The notes beneath the pieces were generated by a model that was given only the letters and a program-made list of their open reading frames with translations, made no database searches and was not told the DNA's origin. A stretch of DNA of 64,000 nucleotides from Fidelibacterota bacterium SCGC AAA160-B08 (GTDB lineage: Bacteria; Fidelibacterota; Marinisomatia; Marinisomatales; Marinisomataceae). Shown here one piece after another: positions 10,048 to 20,355 of the stretch. Made by a program: the position numbers and the translations under genes. The stretch lies in assembly GCA_000402755.1 (NCBI GenBank), contig AQSD01000001.1, positions 9,402-73,401 of the forward strand, given 5' to 3'. How positions within the stretch are numbered: position 1 is the stretch's first letter; every line of letters starts with the position of its first letter.

Positions 10048-11466
10048 TTGTGTGTTATGAATGACGCTTTTTCCAACATTAAACCTCTTTTTCGTTCTCA
10101 CGTAGAAAACCATTCTTCTTTAGCAAAATCTACACATAATGAAAGAAAGCAAAAACTGAAAAGACTTTTAAAAAATTTTATGGAAATGGAAAATGAAGCT
10201 ATAGAAGCTCTAGCTCTTGACCTCAAAAAAAGTCCAACAGAGTCTGTTATAAGTGAAATTTTAGGCGTAAAAACTGAGGCTGATTTTGCAATAAAAAATT
10301 TAACCAAATGGATGAGGGCTAAACGAGTTTCTTCTCCTGTGGCCGTATTTTTTACATCTGCTTGGGTGCGCCCAGAGCCAAAGGGGAGTGTATTAATTCT
10401 TTCTCCGTGGAACTATCCTATTTTATTATGCTTAAACCCGCTTATTGCGGCTATAGCGGCAGGAAATACCGCTATAATTAAACCTTCTGAATTTACTCCG
10501 GCGTCCAGCGCTTTTCTAAAAAAACTAATAGAAAAAACATTTACAGAAAATGAAGTTGCTGTTGTGGTTGGGGATCAGCGTGTCGCTACCGAGCTTTTAT
10601 CTCACCCCTTTAATCATATTCTTTTTACGGGAAGCCCTGAAACAGGAAAGATTATTATGGCCGCTGCTGCAAAGCATCTTGCCGGCGTTACGTTAGAGCT
10701 TGGCGGCAAATCTCCGGTCATTGTAGACGAAAGTGCAAATATTGTTGAAACCGCCTGGAAACTTGCATTTTATAAGTTTGCAAACGCTGGACAAACCTGT
10801 ACTGCGCCCGACTATATTTTATGTCACGAAGATAAAAAAGAAGCCTTAGTTTTGGGGTTAAAAGAAAATTTTACTGCCTTTTTTGACGGCAATAACACCA
10901 AACAATCAAAAGATTATTGTCAAATTGTAACTCACGCACATTTTGATAGGGTAAAAGATTACCTTGATGATGCTAAAAAAATGGGGGCCTCTGTTGAGAT
11001 TGGTGGCCACACAAACAGAGAAGATAAGTTTATCTCTCCAACCGTATTGTCTAATGTTTCTCTACAATCAAAGGTAATGAAGGAAGAAATTTTTGGGCCT
11101 CTCATGCCAATTGTTACCTACAAAAACCTAGGTGAAGCAATAAAGTTTATAGGTGAAAGAGAAAAGCCTTTGGCTCTATACCTGTTTAGCAACAAGAAGA
11201 AAAATCAAAAAAGGGTTTTAGAAGAAACTTCGAGTGGCGCCTTAGTCTTTAATGATTGTGTTATTCACCACACCAACCCAAATCTTCCTTTTGGCGGTAT
11301 CAATAATAGTGGGCTTGGTAGTTATCATGGGAAATATGGGTTTGATGCTTTTTCTCATGAAAAGGCTATTTTAAAAAGTGCTTCCTGGTCTCCGTTTAAA
11401 TTGATGCTTCCACCATACACAAAAAGAAAACACTCTTTAGTTAATTTGATAAAAAAACTTTCTTAG
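10048..11466 (+). CDS. Aldehyde dehydrogenase, class 3-like
   Basis: Catalytic motifs VTLELGGKSP and NAGQTCTAPDY are present, and the length (472 aa) is typical. Confidence 0.9.
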   Translation: MCVMNDAFSNIKPLFRSHVENHSSLAKSTHNERKQKLKRLLKNFMEMENEAIEALALDLKKSPTESVISEILGVKTEADFAIKNLTKWMRAKRVSSPVAVFFTSAWVRPEPKGSVLILSPWNYPILLCLNPLIAAIAAGNTAIIKPSEFTPASSAFLKKLIEKTFTENEVAVVVGDQRVATELLSHPFNHILFTGSPETGKIIMAAAAKHLAGVTLELGGKSPVIVDESANIVETAWKLAFYKFANAGQTCTAPDYILCHEDKKEALVLGLKENFTAFFDGNNTKQSKDYCQIVTHAHFDRVKDYLDDAKKMGASVEIGGHTNREDKFISPTVLSNVSLQSKVMKEEIFGPLMPIVTYKNLGEAIKFIGEREKPLALYLFSNKKKNQKRVLEETSSGALVFNDCVIHHTNPNLPFGGINNSGLGSYHGKYGFDAFSHEKAILKSASWSPFKLMLPPYTKRKHSLVNLIKKLS

Positions 11467-12262
11467 AGAGCTCGTTTCTAAAGTCAATAATGGTATTAGC
11501 GTATTTATCTGAACGATTATATGTTCGAATACTTCTCCAAATTGGCGATCTAAAAGAAAAATTATAATTATTCTCTGGGTATCCGTTTTCTGTCAAATAG
11601 TACGCTATGCTTCCTAAAACATCCTCCCAATCATAGGCGTCTTTTTTTCCGTCTTGATTATAGTCTATCGATAGGCGATTAAAGCTTGATGGAATAAACT
11701 GTCCATATCCAAATGCGCCCGCATAAGATCCTTGTAGTTCAAATGGGTTTGAGCTTTGATTTTTACTATACAATAGTAGTTCAGCAATTTCTTTTGTTGC
11801 CCAAGAGGCTCTTTTTGGTAGGTTTATAGCTTGCGTATAAAGAGAATTTAAAACAGAATATTCTGCATATCGTTTTCCATAGTTTGTTTCTATTCCGATT
11901 ATTGTTACTAAAATTAGCGGGTCTATATCAAACTCTATCATAATTTTATTTAACAACTCTTTGTGTTGAAAATAAAAATCAACCCCACCATCCAACCTTT
12001 GATCTGTCATAAAAATGCCTCTATACTGTTTGTAAGTTTTTATTTTTTCTGGCTTTTTGTTAAAGCGCTCTAGCACGCCCGGCTCTTGCTTTAGTCTTGG
12101 GTTTTCAAATATTTTTCTAATTTCACTAACACTGTAATGCTCTTCAATGTCTGTTTCGTTGAGCAGTTTGTTAAAAACCTTATAATTGTCTCCCCCTGTT
12201 TGTGCTATAAGAAAAGAGAAACAAAAATAAAGAGATAGTGTTGTTTTAATTGTTAATTTCAT
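11441..12262 (-). CDS. Lytic murein transglycosylase (MltB family)
   Basis: GIETNYG and GAFGYGQFIPSSF motifs are present. Start moved to ATG 12262 (MKLTIKTTLSLYFCFSFLIAQ, a signal peptide). This removes the overlap with the divergent gene at 12297. Confidence 0.8.
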   Translation of the reverse strand: MKLTIKTTLSLYFCFSFLIAQTGGDNYKVFNKLLNETDIEEHYSVSEIRKIFENPRLKQEPGVLERFNKKPEKIKTYKQYRGIFMTDQRLDGGVDFYFQHKELLNKIMIEFDIDPLILVTIIGIETNYGKRYAEYSVLNSLYTQAINLPKRASWATKEIAELLLYSKNQSSNPFELQGSYAGAFGYGQFIPSSFNRLSIDYNQDGKKDAYDWEDVLGSIAYYLTENGYPENNYNFSFRSPIWRSIRTYNRSDKYANTIIDFRNELSKKVFLSN

Positions 12263-12296
12263 TGTGTTTAATTTAATAACATTATAAAAACTGCTT

Positions 12297-13142
12297 ATGC
12301 TAAATAATAAATTTTTTTTACTGCCCATTGCGCTCCTCGCTGTTAGTTCCTCGGCTTTAATAGTTCGTCTATTGCCCGACACCAACGCCATTACTATCGC
12401 TTTTTGGCGAATGTTGTTGGCCAGCATTATGGTGTTCATGCTTTCTTACAAAACTTTACTTGTATTTGTTCCCACAAAAGAAATGTTATTCGCGGGAATT
12501 TTTTTAGGAATACATTTTGCTCTTTTCTTTAGGGGTGTTCAACTAACCTCAATAGCAGAAGCGTCTCTCCTTGGAACTACTGCTCCAATATTTACAGGTA
12601 TTTATGGTTTTATATTCCAAAAAAATCCCTTGGTTCCAAAAGTTGTTTTTGGTTTATTTCTTGCTTTTGTTGGCGCAGGCGCCCTAGTTAGTCAAAGCTC
12701 TTTTAGCGAAACTGGCGCTCTGGGAAATATTTTAGCTCTCTTGTCGTCTATTGCCATATCTTATGTTTTGGTGGCGGGAAAAGAAATCAGAAAAAGTTTT
12801 GATGTTTTTGAATACACTCGATGGTTATTCTTTTTTGCTGCGGCAACATTATTTGTAATTTCTTTATTTGTAAATGTTTCGGTTTTTACCATTTCAACAG
12901 CAGAGTTCCCCTGGTTTGTTTTCTTGGCCCTAGTTCCAACGGTGATTGGTCATAATATTTTTTATTATTTACTTAAAACCCTCAACACAACAACTGTGGC
13001 AGCTGTGCCGCTTGGAGAGCCTGTTATATCTTCTGTGGGTGCTTTGGTATTTTTTGGTGAGCCCATTACCGCCGCCATAGTTTTTGGTGGTGGAATTACG
13101 TTATTTGGGGTTTTTCTTGTGGTTCGATTCGGAGACGAATAG
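12297..13142 (+). CDS. EamA/DMT family transporter
   Basis: 281 aa with about 10 hydrophobic helices in two similar halves, typical of the drug/metabolite transporter fold. Confidence 0.8.
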   Translation: MLNNKFFLLPIALLAVSSSALIVRLLPDTNAITIAFWRMLLASIMVFMLSYKTLLVFVPTKEMLFAGIFLGIHFALFFRGVQLTSIAEASLLGTTAPIFTGIYGFIFQKNPLVPKVVFGLFLAFVGAGALVSQSSFSETGALGNILALLSSIAISYVLVAGKEIRKSFDVFEYTRWLFFFAAATLFVISLFVNVSVFTISTAEFPWFVFLALVPTVIGHNIFYYLLKTLNTTTVAAVPLGEPVISSVGALVFFGEPITAAIVFGGGITLFGVFLVVRFGDE

Positions 13143-13144
13143 CA

Positions 13145-14974
13145 CTACTGATCTGAAAGTCTTTCTTTCTTTTGCGTCGCTTCTCTTTTTTGCTGATCAA
13201 GGTCCATTTTACGTAATCGAACAGAAAGCGGGGTAACCTCTACAAGCTCGTCTTCTGATATAAATTCAATAGATTGATCTAAAGATAATTCTCTTGGAGG
13301 TCTAACTGTTACGGTGTTGTCTGAGCCAGAGCTTCTCATATTAGAAAGCTTTTTTTCTCTTGTAATGTTTAGAGCTAGGTCGTTAGTCTTGTTTCTTTCT
13401 CCAATAACCATTCCATCATAAACCTCTGTCCCAACACTAACAAAAAGCTCGCCTCTGTCTGCCATATTTACGCAAGCATATGTTGTAACCTTTCCATGTC
13501 TGTCGGCAATTAGAGCTCCTGTATTTCTTTGTGGAATTCTTCCAAACCATGGAGCATATCCATCAAAAAGCTTGTTCATTATTCCTGCACCTTTTGTATC
13601 TGTAATAAACTGGCTTCTAAAACCAATTAATCCGCGAGAGGGAATAGAAAACTCTAGGGAAACTCTTCCAAACCCGTGATTTTGCAGGTTGGTCATTCTG
13701 CCTTTTCTAGCAGAAAGTTTTTCAGTTAAAATACCTACCTTGTCTTCTGGAACGTCTAAAAAAACTTTTTCCATTGGTTCCATAGTTTGACCATTTTCTT
13801 CTTGGGTAATTACTTTTGGCTTAGACACCATAAACTCATAGCCTTCTCTTCTCATAGTCTCAATGAGCACAGCCATTTGTAATTCTCCTCTTCCTCGCAC
13901 CTCATATGCGTCGGTTCTTTCGGTTGTTAAAACTTGGAGAGAAACGTTGCTTAATATTTCTTCTTCCAATCTATCGCTAATGTGTCTCGTTGTTAAATAT
14001 TTTCCTTCTTTGCCAGCAAAAGGGCTATTGTTAACGTAAAACAACATTGAAACTGTGGGTTCGTCAATTTCTATTCTTGGTAGGGGTTCTGGGTTTTCAT
14101 TTGAAGAAACCGTATCTCCTATCGTGATGTTTTCTAGGCCAGCAACAGCAATAATATCGCCAGACTCTAGTTTATCTACTTTAATTTTTTTTAATCCTTT
14201 AAAGGTATATAGGGCAGAAAACTTTTGGCCTGATGTAATTTTTTCTTGTCCACAAAGCGAGTAGCTTTTGTTCATCTCTAGTGTTCCGTTGTTTAATCTT
14301 CCAATTGCAATTTGTCCAACATAAGAGTCGTAGTCTAGGTTGGTGATAAGAAACTGTGGGGTCTTCTCGTTATCTGCAATGGGTCCAGGAATATTGTCTA
14401 TAATTGTATTAAATAGGTGGTCTAGGGTTTTAGATTCGCTTTCTAGCTCTAGGTGTGCAATGCCTTCTTTGGCGTTGGTGTAAATAATAGGAAATTCAAT
14501 TTGTTCGTCGTTTGCATCTAAATCAATAAACAAATCATATACCTCGCTGACAACCTCTTCAATTCTAGCGTCAGATCTATCAATCTTGTTAATTACCAAT
14601 ATGATCGGTAGGTTTTTGTCTAGAGCTTTTTTTAACACAAACCTTGTTTGTGGTAGCGGTCCTTCGCTTGCATCTACCAACAGAAGAGCTCCGTCTACTA
14701 GGTTTAAGCTTCTTTCTACTTCCCCTCCAAAGTCTGCGTGGCCAGGTGTGTCCATAATATTAATCTTAATGTCTTTATAATATACTGCTGTGTTTTTTGC
14801 GGTAATGGTAATGCCTCTTTCTTTTTCAAGGTCTCCTGAGTCCATAACCCTATCTTGAAGCTCTTGGTGAGCTTGAAAGGTGCCGCTTTGCTGTAACATA
14901 CCATCAACCAGGGTTGTTTTCCCGTGATCTACGTGTGCTATAATAGCAATGTTTCTAAAATTGTTTTTTCTCAT
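13145..14974 (-). CDS. typA: Translational GTPase TypA/BipA
   Basis: NIAIIAHVDHGKTTL, DTPGHADFGGEV and NKID GTPase motifs are present, with EF-G-like domains; 609 aa. Confidence 0.95.
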   Translation of the reverse strand: MRKNNFRNIAIIAHVDHGKTTLVDGMLQQSGTFQAHQELQDRVMDSGDLEKERGITITAKNTAVYYKDIKINIMDTPGHADFGGEVERSLNLVDGALLLVDASEGPLPQTRFVLKKALDKNLPIILVINKIDRSDARIEEVVSEVYDLFIDLDANDEQIEFPIIYTNAKEGIAHLELESESKTLDHLFNTIIDNIPGPIADNEKTPQFLITNLDYDSYVGQIAIGRLNNGTLEMNKSYSLCGQEKITSGQKFSALYTFKGLKKIKVDKLESGDIIAVAGLENITIGDTVSSNENPEPLPRIEIDEPTVSMLFYVNNSPFAGKEGKYLTTRHISDRLEEEILSNVSLQVLTTERTDAYEVRGRGELQMAVLIETMRREGYEFMVSKPKVITQEENGQTMEPMEKVFLDVPEDKVGILTEKLSARKGRMTNLQNHGFGRVSLEFSIPSRGLIGFRSQFITDTKGAGIMNKLFDGYAPWFGRIPQRNTGALIADRHGKVTTYACVNMADRGELFVSVGTEVYDGMVIGERNKTNDLALNITREKKLSNMRSSGSDNTVTVRPPRELSLDQSIEFISEDELVEVTPLSVRLRKMDLDQQKREATQKKERLSDQ

Positions 14975-15045
14975 TTTTGTTTAATAATTTGGTTGGAATA
15001 TAAAGCTAAATACTTCTGTGTCGCATGTTTATTATGTTCAACCAA

Positions 15046-15912
15046 CTACACAGCCATTGGCGCTTTTATGCTGTCCATTGGATTGTAGTCTAAAAGATTA
15101 AATTCTTTTGGTGTGGCAGCAGCAACATCTTCTATAAATTTAAAGTCTGGCATAGAAAGTGTTGGTGCGTGTTGTGGTTTGCGCTGAACCTGCTCTTTAA
15201 CTTGCTCAAAGTGGTTGTGATAAATGTGACAGTCTCCGCCAGTCCAAATAAACTCTCCCGGGGTTAAATTTAATAGTTTTGCCATAATACAGGTTAATAA
15301 ACTATATGAGGCGATATTAAAGGGGACTCCCAAAAACATATCTGCGCTGCGCTGATATAACTGACAACTTAATTCTTTGTCTTGAATGTGAAACTGAAAC
15401 ATTGTGTGACATGGAGGTAGGGCCATTTTATTAACTTCGCCTACATTCCAGGCGCTTACAATATGCCTTCTGCTGTAGGGATTTTTTTTGAGGCTATTTA
15501 AAACCTCTGTAATCTGGTCTACGTGTTGATTTTTGTCGGTCCAGCTTCTCCACTGGCTCCCATAAACGGGACCCAACTCTTTAACGGTGTTTGTGTTTGT
15601 ATATCCCAAGGCTTTCCCTTGTTTATCTGCATTGGCTGTCCAAATAGTTTTTTTGTCTGTGAGCTCTTTTCTGTTTTTGCCAAAGTGTATTTCTGCCAAC
15701 CTTCTCTCGTCTGTGCTTCCCTCTAAAAACCAGAGCAACTCGCTTACAACGCTACGCCATGCAAGCTTTTTTGTAGTAATGGCGGGAAAGTTTTTTCGCA
15801 AATCAAAACGCATTTGATGTCCAAAAATGCCTCGAGTACCAATGCCCGTTCTGTCGTCGCGGTCTTTGCCGGACTCTAAAATGTGTTCGAGCGCACTAAG
15901 ATATTGTTTCAT
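15046..15912 (-). CDS. thyA: Thymidylate synthase (ThyA type)
   Basis: DRTGIGT, LPPCH and the C-terminal ...APMAV are present. Start moved to ATG 15912 (MKQYLSALEHIL), overlapping the folA 3' end by 17 nt. Confidence 0.95.
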   Translation of the reverse strand: MKQYLSALEHILESGKDRDDRTGIGTRGIFGHQMRFDLRKNFPAITTKKLAWRSVVSELLWFLEGSTDERRLAEIHFGKNRKELTDKKTIWTANADKQGKALGYTNTNTVKELGPVYGSQWRSWTDKNQHVDQITEVLNSLKKNPYSRRHIVSAWNVGEVNKMALPPCHTMFQFHIQDKELSCQLYQRSADMFLGVPFNIASYSLLTCIMAKLLNLTPGEFIWTGGDCHIYHNHFEQVKEQVQRKPQHAPTLSMPDFKFIEDVAAATPKEFNLLDYNPMDSIKAPMAV

Positions 15913-16402
15913 GAGACTTCCTTTTTTTCCAAATTTGAAATTCAAGTGACCCATGATTCTCTGTCCAACTTTTTTCAAAAAGGGCTTCAATTTTTTTTAG
16001 CGGTAAAAATGTATCGCAGTCATATGTTCCCGAAATACGACTTAAATAAAACTCATCAATTATATTAAGTGTTTGTTCAATAATGTTCGGTCCACCAATA
16101 ATCCAAATAGTAGCTTCTTTGCTCTCGCCATCTAGAGCTTGTATTTTTTGAGCTAAGTTTCCTTGAATATATTTGTGGGCACCCAGATAATCTCCTTCTC
16201 GGGTGGTAACCAAAACATTTGTTCTGCTTGGTAGTGGCCCGGGCATAAAAGGATCTTCCCATGTTGTTGACCCCATTACAACCGTGTGTCCTGTTGTATT
16301 TTTTTTAAACCACTTTAGATCTTTTGAATTTTTTGGCCAGGGCATTGTTCCCGCCTTACTTACTCCGCCTAAGTCGTCACATGCCAATATTGCCTTAACC
16401 AT
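15896..16402 (-). CDS. folA: Dihydrofolate reductase
   Basis: 168 aa with MPW..........F...T.G..VVMG..T and IWIIGG motifs. Lies directly upstream of thyA. Confidence 0.9.
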   Translation of the reverse strand: MVKAILACDDLGGVSKAGTMPWPKNSKDLKWFKKNTTGHTVVMGSTTWEDPFMPGPLPSRTNVLVTTREGDYLGAHKYIQGNLAQKIQALDGESKEATIWIIGGPNIIEQTLNIIDEFYLSRISGTYDCDTFLPLKKIEALFEKSWTENHGSLEFQIWKKRKSHETIS

Positions 16403-16429
16403 TAATCTCTACCTATAAGTTGCATACTT

Positions 16430-19135
16430 TTATTTTTTAATCGGTGTTCCTTCTTCGTCTATAGATCCGGCTGCAACCTGATATATTTCATCAAAAATAA
16501 TGTATTTTTTGATAGCCGCATTAACCTGCTCTAAGGTAACGTCGCTTACAATCGATGGGTAGTTGTCTACATAGCTAAGATCTCCCCAGATACTTACTGC
16601 GCTTAAAATTCCACCCGAAAGACCATATGTTGTATCAAAGCCAACCTGATAAGAACCCATTAGTGTAGACTTTGTAATATCAACCTCGGACTGTGTTACT
16701 CCGCCCTCTGCCCACTTTTTAACTTCTCTTAATGTTGCTTTTTCTCCTTTTGCTAAAAGCTCTGGCGCAAAAGTTCCACCAACCATCCAATAGCCGTCAT
16801 TGTTGTTCCCAAAACCATTTATGGTTGAGTTAATTCCATATGTCAAACCCTCTTTAACCCTAACTGTTTGCATTAGTCTGGCTGAAAAATTTCCACCCAG
16901 TATGTGTGTTGCAACGTAAAGAGGCATATAGTCTTCATGAAATCTATCGACCATCAAAGGAGTTCCCACAATAAAATCTGTGCTCGTTTTGTCTTTCATG
17001 GTAACATAGGCTTTTCCTGGGGCTCTTTTCCCTGTTGTGTTAGAGGTCTTTTTTGTTAGCGGAGAATCTTTCCAAGATCCAAACTCTTTTTTAATCGTAT
17101 TTGAAAGCTGTTTGTGGTCAACGTCTCCAACGGCAACAATAATCATTCCCCCCTTACCATAGTTTTTTTTATGAAAGGCTATTAGGTCTTCTGTTGTTGT
17201 CTTTTTAATGTCTTCAATAGATTTATCGTTGTCTTCTGGGGCGTTTTCATGTCCTGCCGGATAAAAACTTGCTAGCATGTTACTAACAGCGTTTCCCCTT
17301 GTGCTTTCTTTTCTTTTTTTATAACTAGTAACCATTCGTTTTTTTATTTTTTCTAAATCCTCTTCATTGAAGGCGGGGGACTGTAGCTGCTCGGAAAGCA
17401 GCCCAAAAACCATTTCAAGATCTTTTGAAAGAAATTTTGCATAAAAATTAACTTCCGCTTTGCCGTTTCCAATGCTTAGCCTTGCTCCCGCTTTTTCTAA
17501 TTGGTTGCTAATTTCAAACTTTGTTTGTTTTGTTGTTCCTTGGTCAAGCATAGAAGAAACTAGGTCTGGAACTCTTGAGTTGTTTGTCTCCGCATAAATA
17601 TCTCCACCCATAAGGCTTCCATTTATTGTAACCACCCCGGAACCTCTTTTTAGCGTTAAAAGCCTCACGCCTTCGACCGGCTCAGAATCAATCACCTGGC
17701 CCGCTAATCCACCCTGGTCTTCTTGTGAAAAATATTGTTTTTTCATCTCTACCAATTCTTTTGCGCTAGCCACCGGTTTTTCTTGTGGCTGGTCTCCAGA
17801 AACTTCTGGTATAAAATATCCGATTGTGCTTAGGTCTTCTAAGAAATATTTATTAACGATTTCTTTTATTGATTCGGCTGTTACCGAATTAACCATCTCT
17901 TCATATCTTGTATATAGGGTCCAGTCGCCAGACGCTATTGCCTCATTTAAACTTCCCGCAACCGCCATACTTCCGTCTTGTCCAAACTTCATTGCTGCAA
18001 CAAGTTGTGCTTTTGCCTTTGAAACCTCTTCCTCTGTAACCCCTTCTTTTTTAATGTTTTCATATTCGGCTACAATAGCATCCTCAACCGTCTTGTGTTC
18101 TACTCCCGGTGCAAGGTTAGCATATACCGCAAACAAGCCCGGATCTTTGAAAAGAGAATCCCAAATAAAGACACTTGTTGTTAAACCTTTGTCTGTAATG
18201 TTTTTATAAAACCTGCTGTTTTTTCCAGAAGAAAGAATTGCTGACAAAACAATAAATGATGCTGCGTCTTCATGTGTGGCTGATGGACTTTTGTGTGCCA
18301 TTCCAACAATCCCCTGTTGTCCTGCTCTTTTTAGCGTGACCGTTCTTTTTCCTTCTTGTGCTGGTTCGGTTGTATAAACCTGAGGTATTTCTTTTGTACT
18401 TTTTCTAATTCTACCGAAGTGTTTTTTAATCATCGCCAACGCTTCTTCTGTTTCAAAGTCTCCAACCACAGTTGCTGTGGCGTTATTTGGCCAATAAAAT
18501 GTGTCATAAAACTCTTTAAGCCTTTCTATTGAAACGTTTTCTATATCAGCTTTCCAACCAATGGTTGAGTGGTGATATGGGTGTGCGTGGTATGCTGTTG
18601 CCCAAATGTGTTCGTCTAAAACTCCCGACGGATTGTTTTGCCCTCTTTCAAACTCGTTTCTTACTACTGTCATTTCTGATTGCCTATCTTCTTCTTTTAT
18701 GTAGGCGTTTCTCATTCTATCGGCTTCAATTTGAATTGCTGTTTCTAGCTCTGAACTTGGTAGGGTTTCATAATAGTTTGTTCTATCAAGCCATGTGGTT
18801 GCATTCATTCTCGCGCCGAGCGATTGCAATAATTGAAAGACTGAATTGCCCTTATCTGTGTTGAATTTTTTGGAGCCCTTGAACATGAGGTGTTCTAATA
18901 GGTGTGTTGCTCCCGTGTATCCTATTGCCTCGTTTCTTGACCCAACTTCGTATGTTACCATGAAGGTTGCTACTGGGGCGCTATGGTCTTCTTTTAATAA
19001 AACCTTTAGTCCATTTGATGTCATGTGATACTCTTTAATACCGCCAGACTCTTTAACATATTCAAACCCATAGTGTTTTTCTTGAGACATTACCGCTCCT
19101 ACAATTAATAATAATATTAGTGTTATTTTTTTCAT
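16430..19135 (-). CDS. M16 (pitrilysin/insulinase) family zinc peptidase, fused two-module form
   Basis: Signal peptide plus the inverted zinc motif HLLEHLMFKG. At 901 aa it is about twice the single-module M16 length. Confidence 0.9.
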   Translation of the reverse strand: MKKITLILLLIVGAVMSQEKHYGFEYVKESGGIKEYHMTSNGLKVLLKEDHSAPVATFMVTYEVGSRNEAIGYTGATHLLEHLMFKGSKKFNTDKGNSVFQLLQSLGARMNATTWLDRTNYYETLPSSELETAIQIEADRMRNAYIKEEDRQSEMTVVRNEFERGQNNPSGVLDEHIWATAYHAHPYHHSTIGWKADIENVSIERLKEFYDTFYWPNNATATVVGDFETEEALAMIKKHFGRIRKSTKEIPQVYTTEPAQEGKRTVTLKRAGQQGIVGMAHKSPSATHEDAASFIVLSAILSSGKNSRFYKNITDKGLTTSVFIWDSLFKDPGLFAVYANLAPGVEHKTVEDAIVAEYENIKKEGVTEEEVSKAKAQLVAAMKFGQDGSMAVAGSLNEAIASGDWTLYTRYEEMVNSVTAESIKEIVNKYFLEDLSTIGYFIPEVSGDQPQEKPVASAKELVEMKKQYFSQEDQGGLAGQVIDSEPVEGVRLLTLKRGSGVVTINGSLMGGDIYAETNNSRVPDLVSSMLDQGTTKQTKFEISNQLEKAGARLSIGNGKAEVNFYAKFLSKDLEMVFGLLSEQLQSPAFNEEDLEKIKKRMVTSYKKRKESTRGNAVSNMLASFYPAGHENAPEDNDKSIEDIKKTTTEDLIAFHKKNYGKGGMIIVAVGDVDHKQLSNTIKKEFGSWKDSPLTKKTSNTTGKRAPGKAYVTMKDKTSTDFIVGTPLMVDRFHEDYMPLYVATHILGGNFSARLMQTVRVKEGLTYGINSTINGFGNNNDGYWMVGGTFAPELLAKGEKATLREVKKWAEGGVTQSEVDITKSTLMGSYQVGFDTTYGLSGGILSAVSIWGDLSYVDNYPSIVSDVTLEQVNAAIKKYIIFDEIYQVAAGSIDEEGTPIKK

Positions 19136-19190
19136 TTTTTACCTACCTGTATTTTTGTGATTTCCCCACAAATTTAAAAGTGTTTTGTTT

Positions 19191-19697
19191 TTATTTCCAA
19201 GGAACAAACTTTGGAACTTCTCTCATATAATCTACATAGTCTTCTCCAAAAATACCAACAAGGTATTCTTCTTCTCGTACTATAATTTTTGACCAAAATA
19301 TATATATGGCTGGAATTACCAATAAAACCCCAAAAGATCTAAAAAATAAAGCATAAAAAACCGGGAGATGAAAAATAATTACCGTATAAACCGGATGTCT
19401 TATAAAGCTATATATGCCCCTCTTTGAAAGTTTGATTCCTCTTTCTTTTGGCGGAAGACTAAATAAAATCCATAATAAAATAATCACACCCTCTAACCCA
19501 GTTAAACCCATTAGGATTTTTTGCCAAAAATCTGAAAAATTAATTAGTGGAAGCCCAAGAAACGTGTCTATTTTTAGTGTCGTATATACTATAAGCCCAG
19601 TTAAAAGCGCTCCGGGTGGCCCAACATTCCAAAGCCTTTTATAGTGTTTTGGATTAAACCGTTTTTGAAGATCAAGCAACCGCTTTTCTTTCTCCAA
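19191..19697 (-). CDS. Isoprenylcysteine carboxyl / phospholipid methyltransferase family membrane protein
   Basis: 168 aa, multi-pass. The IRHPVY...EE..L...FG..Y..Y pattern is typical of the ICMT/PEMT family. Confidence 0.65.
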   Translation of the reverse strand: MEKEKRLLDLQKRFNPKHYKRLWNVGPPGALLTGLIVYTTLKIDTFLGLPLINFSDFWQKILMGLTGLEGVIILLWILFSLPPKERGIKLSKRGIYSFIRHPVYTVIIFHLPVFYALFFRSFGVLLVIPAIYIFWSKIIVREEEYLVGIFGEDYVDYMREVPKFVPWK

Positions 19698-20355
19698 AAA
19701 TCAAGCTTCCAATCCGAACCATTGTGGAACCCTCTGAAATACCCACTAAAAAGTCTCCGCTCATACCCATCGAAAGCTCTTTCATTTTTTTTTCCGGGGA
19801 AACCTTATTGTTTATTGTGGTAAAAACCTCTCTTAGCGCGCTGAAAGCTCCTTGTTTTTTTTCCTTATCTTGTTCTGTGGGTCCAACTGTCATCAACCCC
19901 TCCACCTTAATTCCAGACAAGTCAAAACATTTTAGTATTTCTTCTTCGCTACCCAGCGAAAACCCACCCTTTGTTTCTTCGTTTGTTGTATTAATTTGAA
20001 TAAGAATTCTTTGTATTTTTTCTGCGGCTATTGCTGCTCGTGATATTTTTTGTGCCAACCTAATTGAGTCAACAGAGTCTATGGTGTCAAAAATTTGAAC
20101 TGCTTTTTTTACCTTATTTGATTGAAGCCTGCCTATTAGTCTTTTTTCTGTGTCGCCTATATTGGGAATTTCTAAAAACTTTTTTTCTGCTTCTTGTACT
20201 TTGTTTTCACCTATAGAGCTAACGCCCGCCGCTATTGCCAAAGAAATTTCTTTTGGTGGCCTTGTTTTTGTAACAGCAACCAACCTTACTTTTTGATTGG
20301 TTTTTTTTATCTTTTCTCTAACCGACTTCAGGTTCTGGGTTATCTGTTGTCTCAT
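19672..20355 (-). CDS. yggS: YggS-family pyridoxal-phosphate homeostasis protein
   Basis: LVAVTKT (PLP lysine), IGENKVQE and HLIG-like [11 protein letters not shown] motifs are present. Start moved to ATG 20355 (MRQQITQNL). Confidence 0.85.
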   Translation of the reverse strand: MRQQITQNLKSVREKIKKTNQKVRLVAVTKTRPPKEISLAIAAGVSSIGENKVQEAEKKFLEIPNIGDTEKRLIGRLQSNKVKKAVQIFDTIDSVDSIRLAQKISRAAIAAEKIQRILIQINTTNEETKGGFSLGSEEEILKCFDLSGIKVEGLMTVGPTEQDKEKKQGAFSALREVFTTINNKVSPEKKMKELSMGMSGDFLVGISEGSTMVRIGSLIFGERKAVA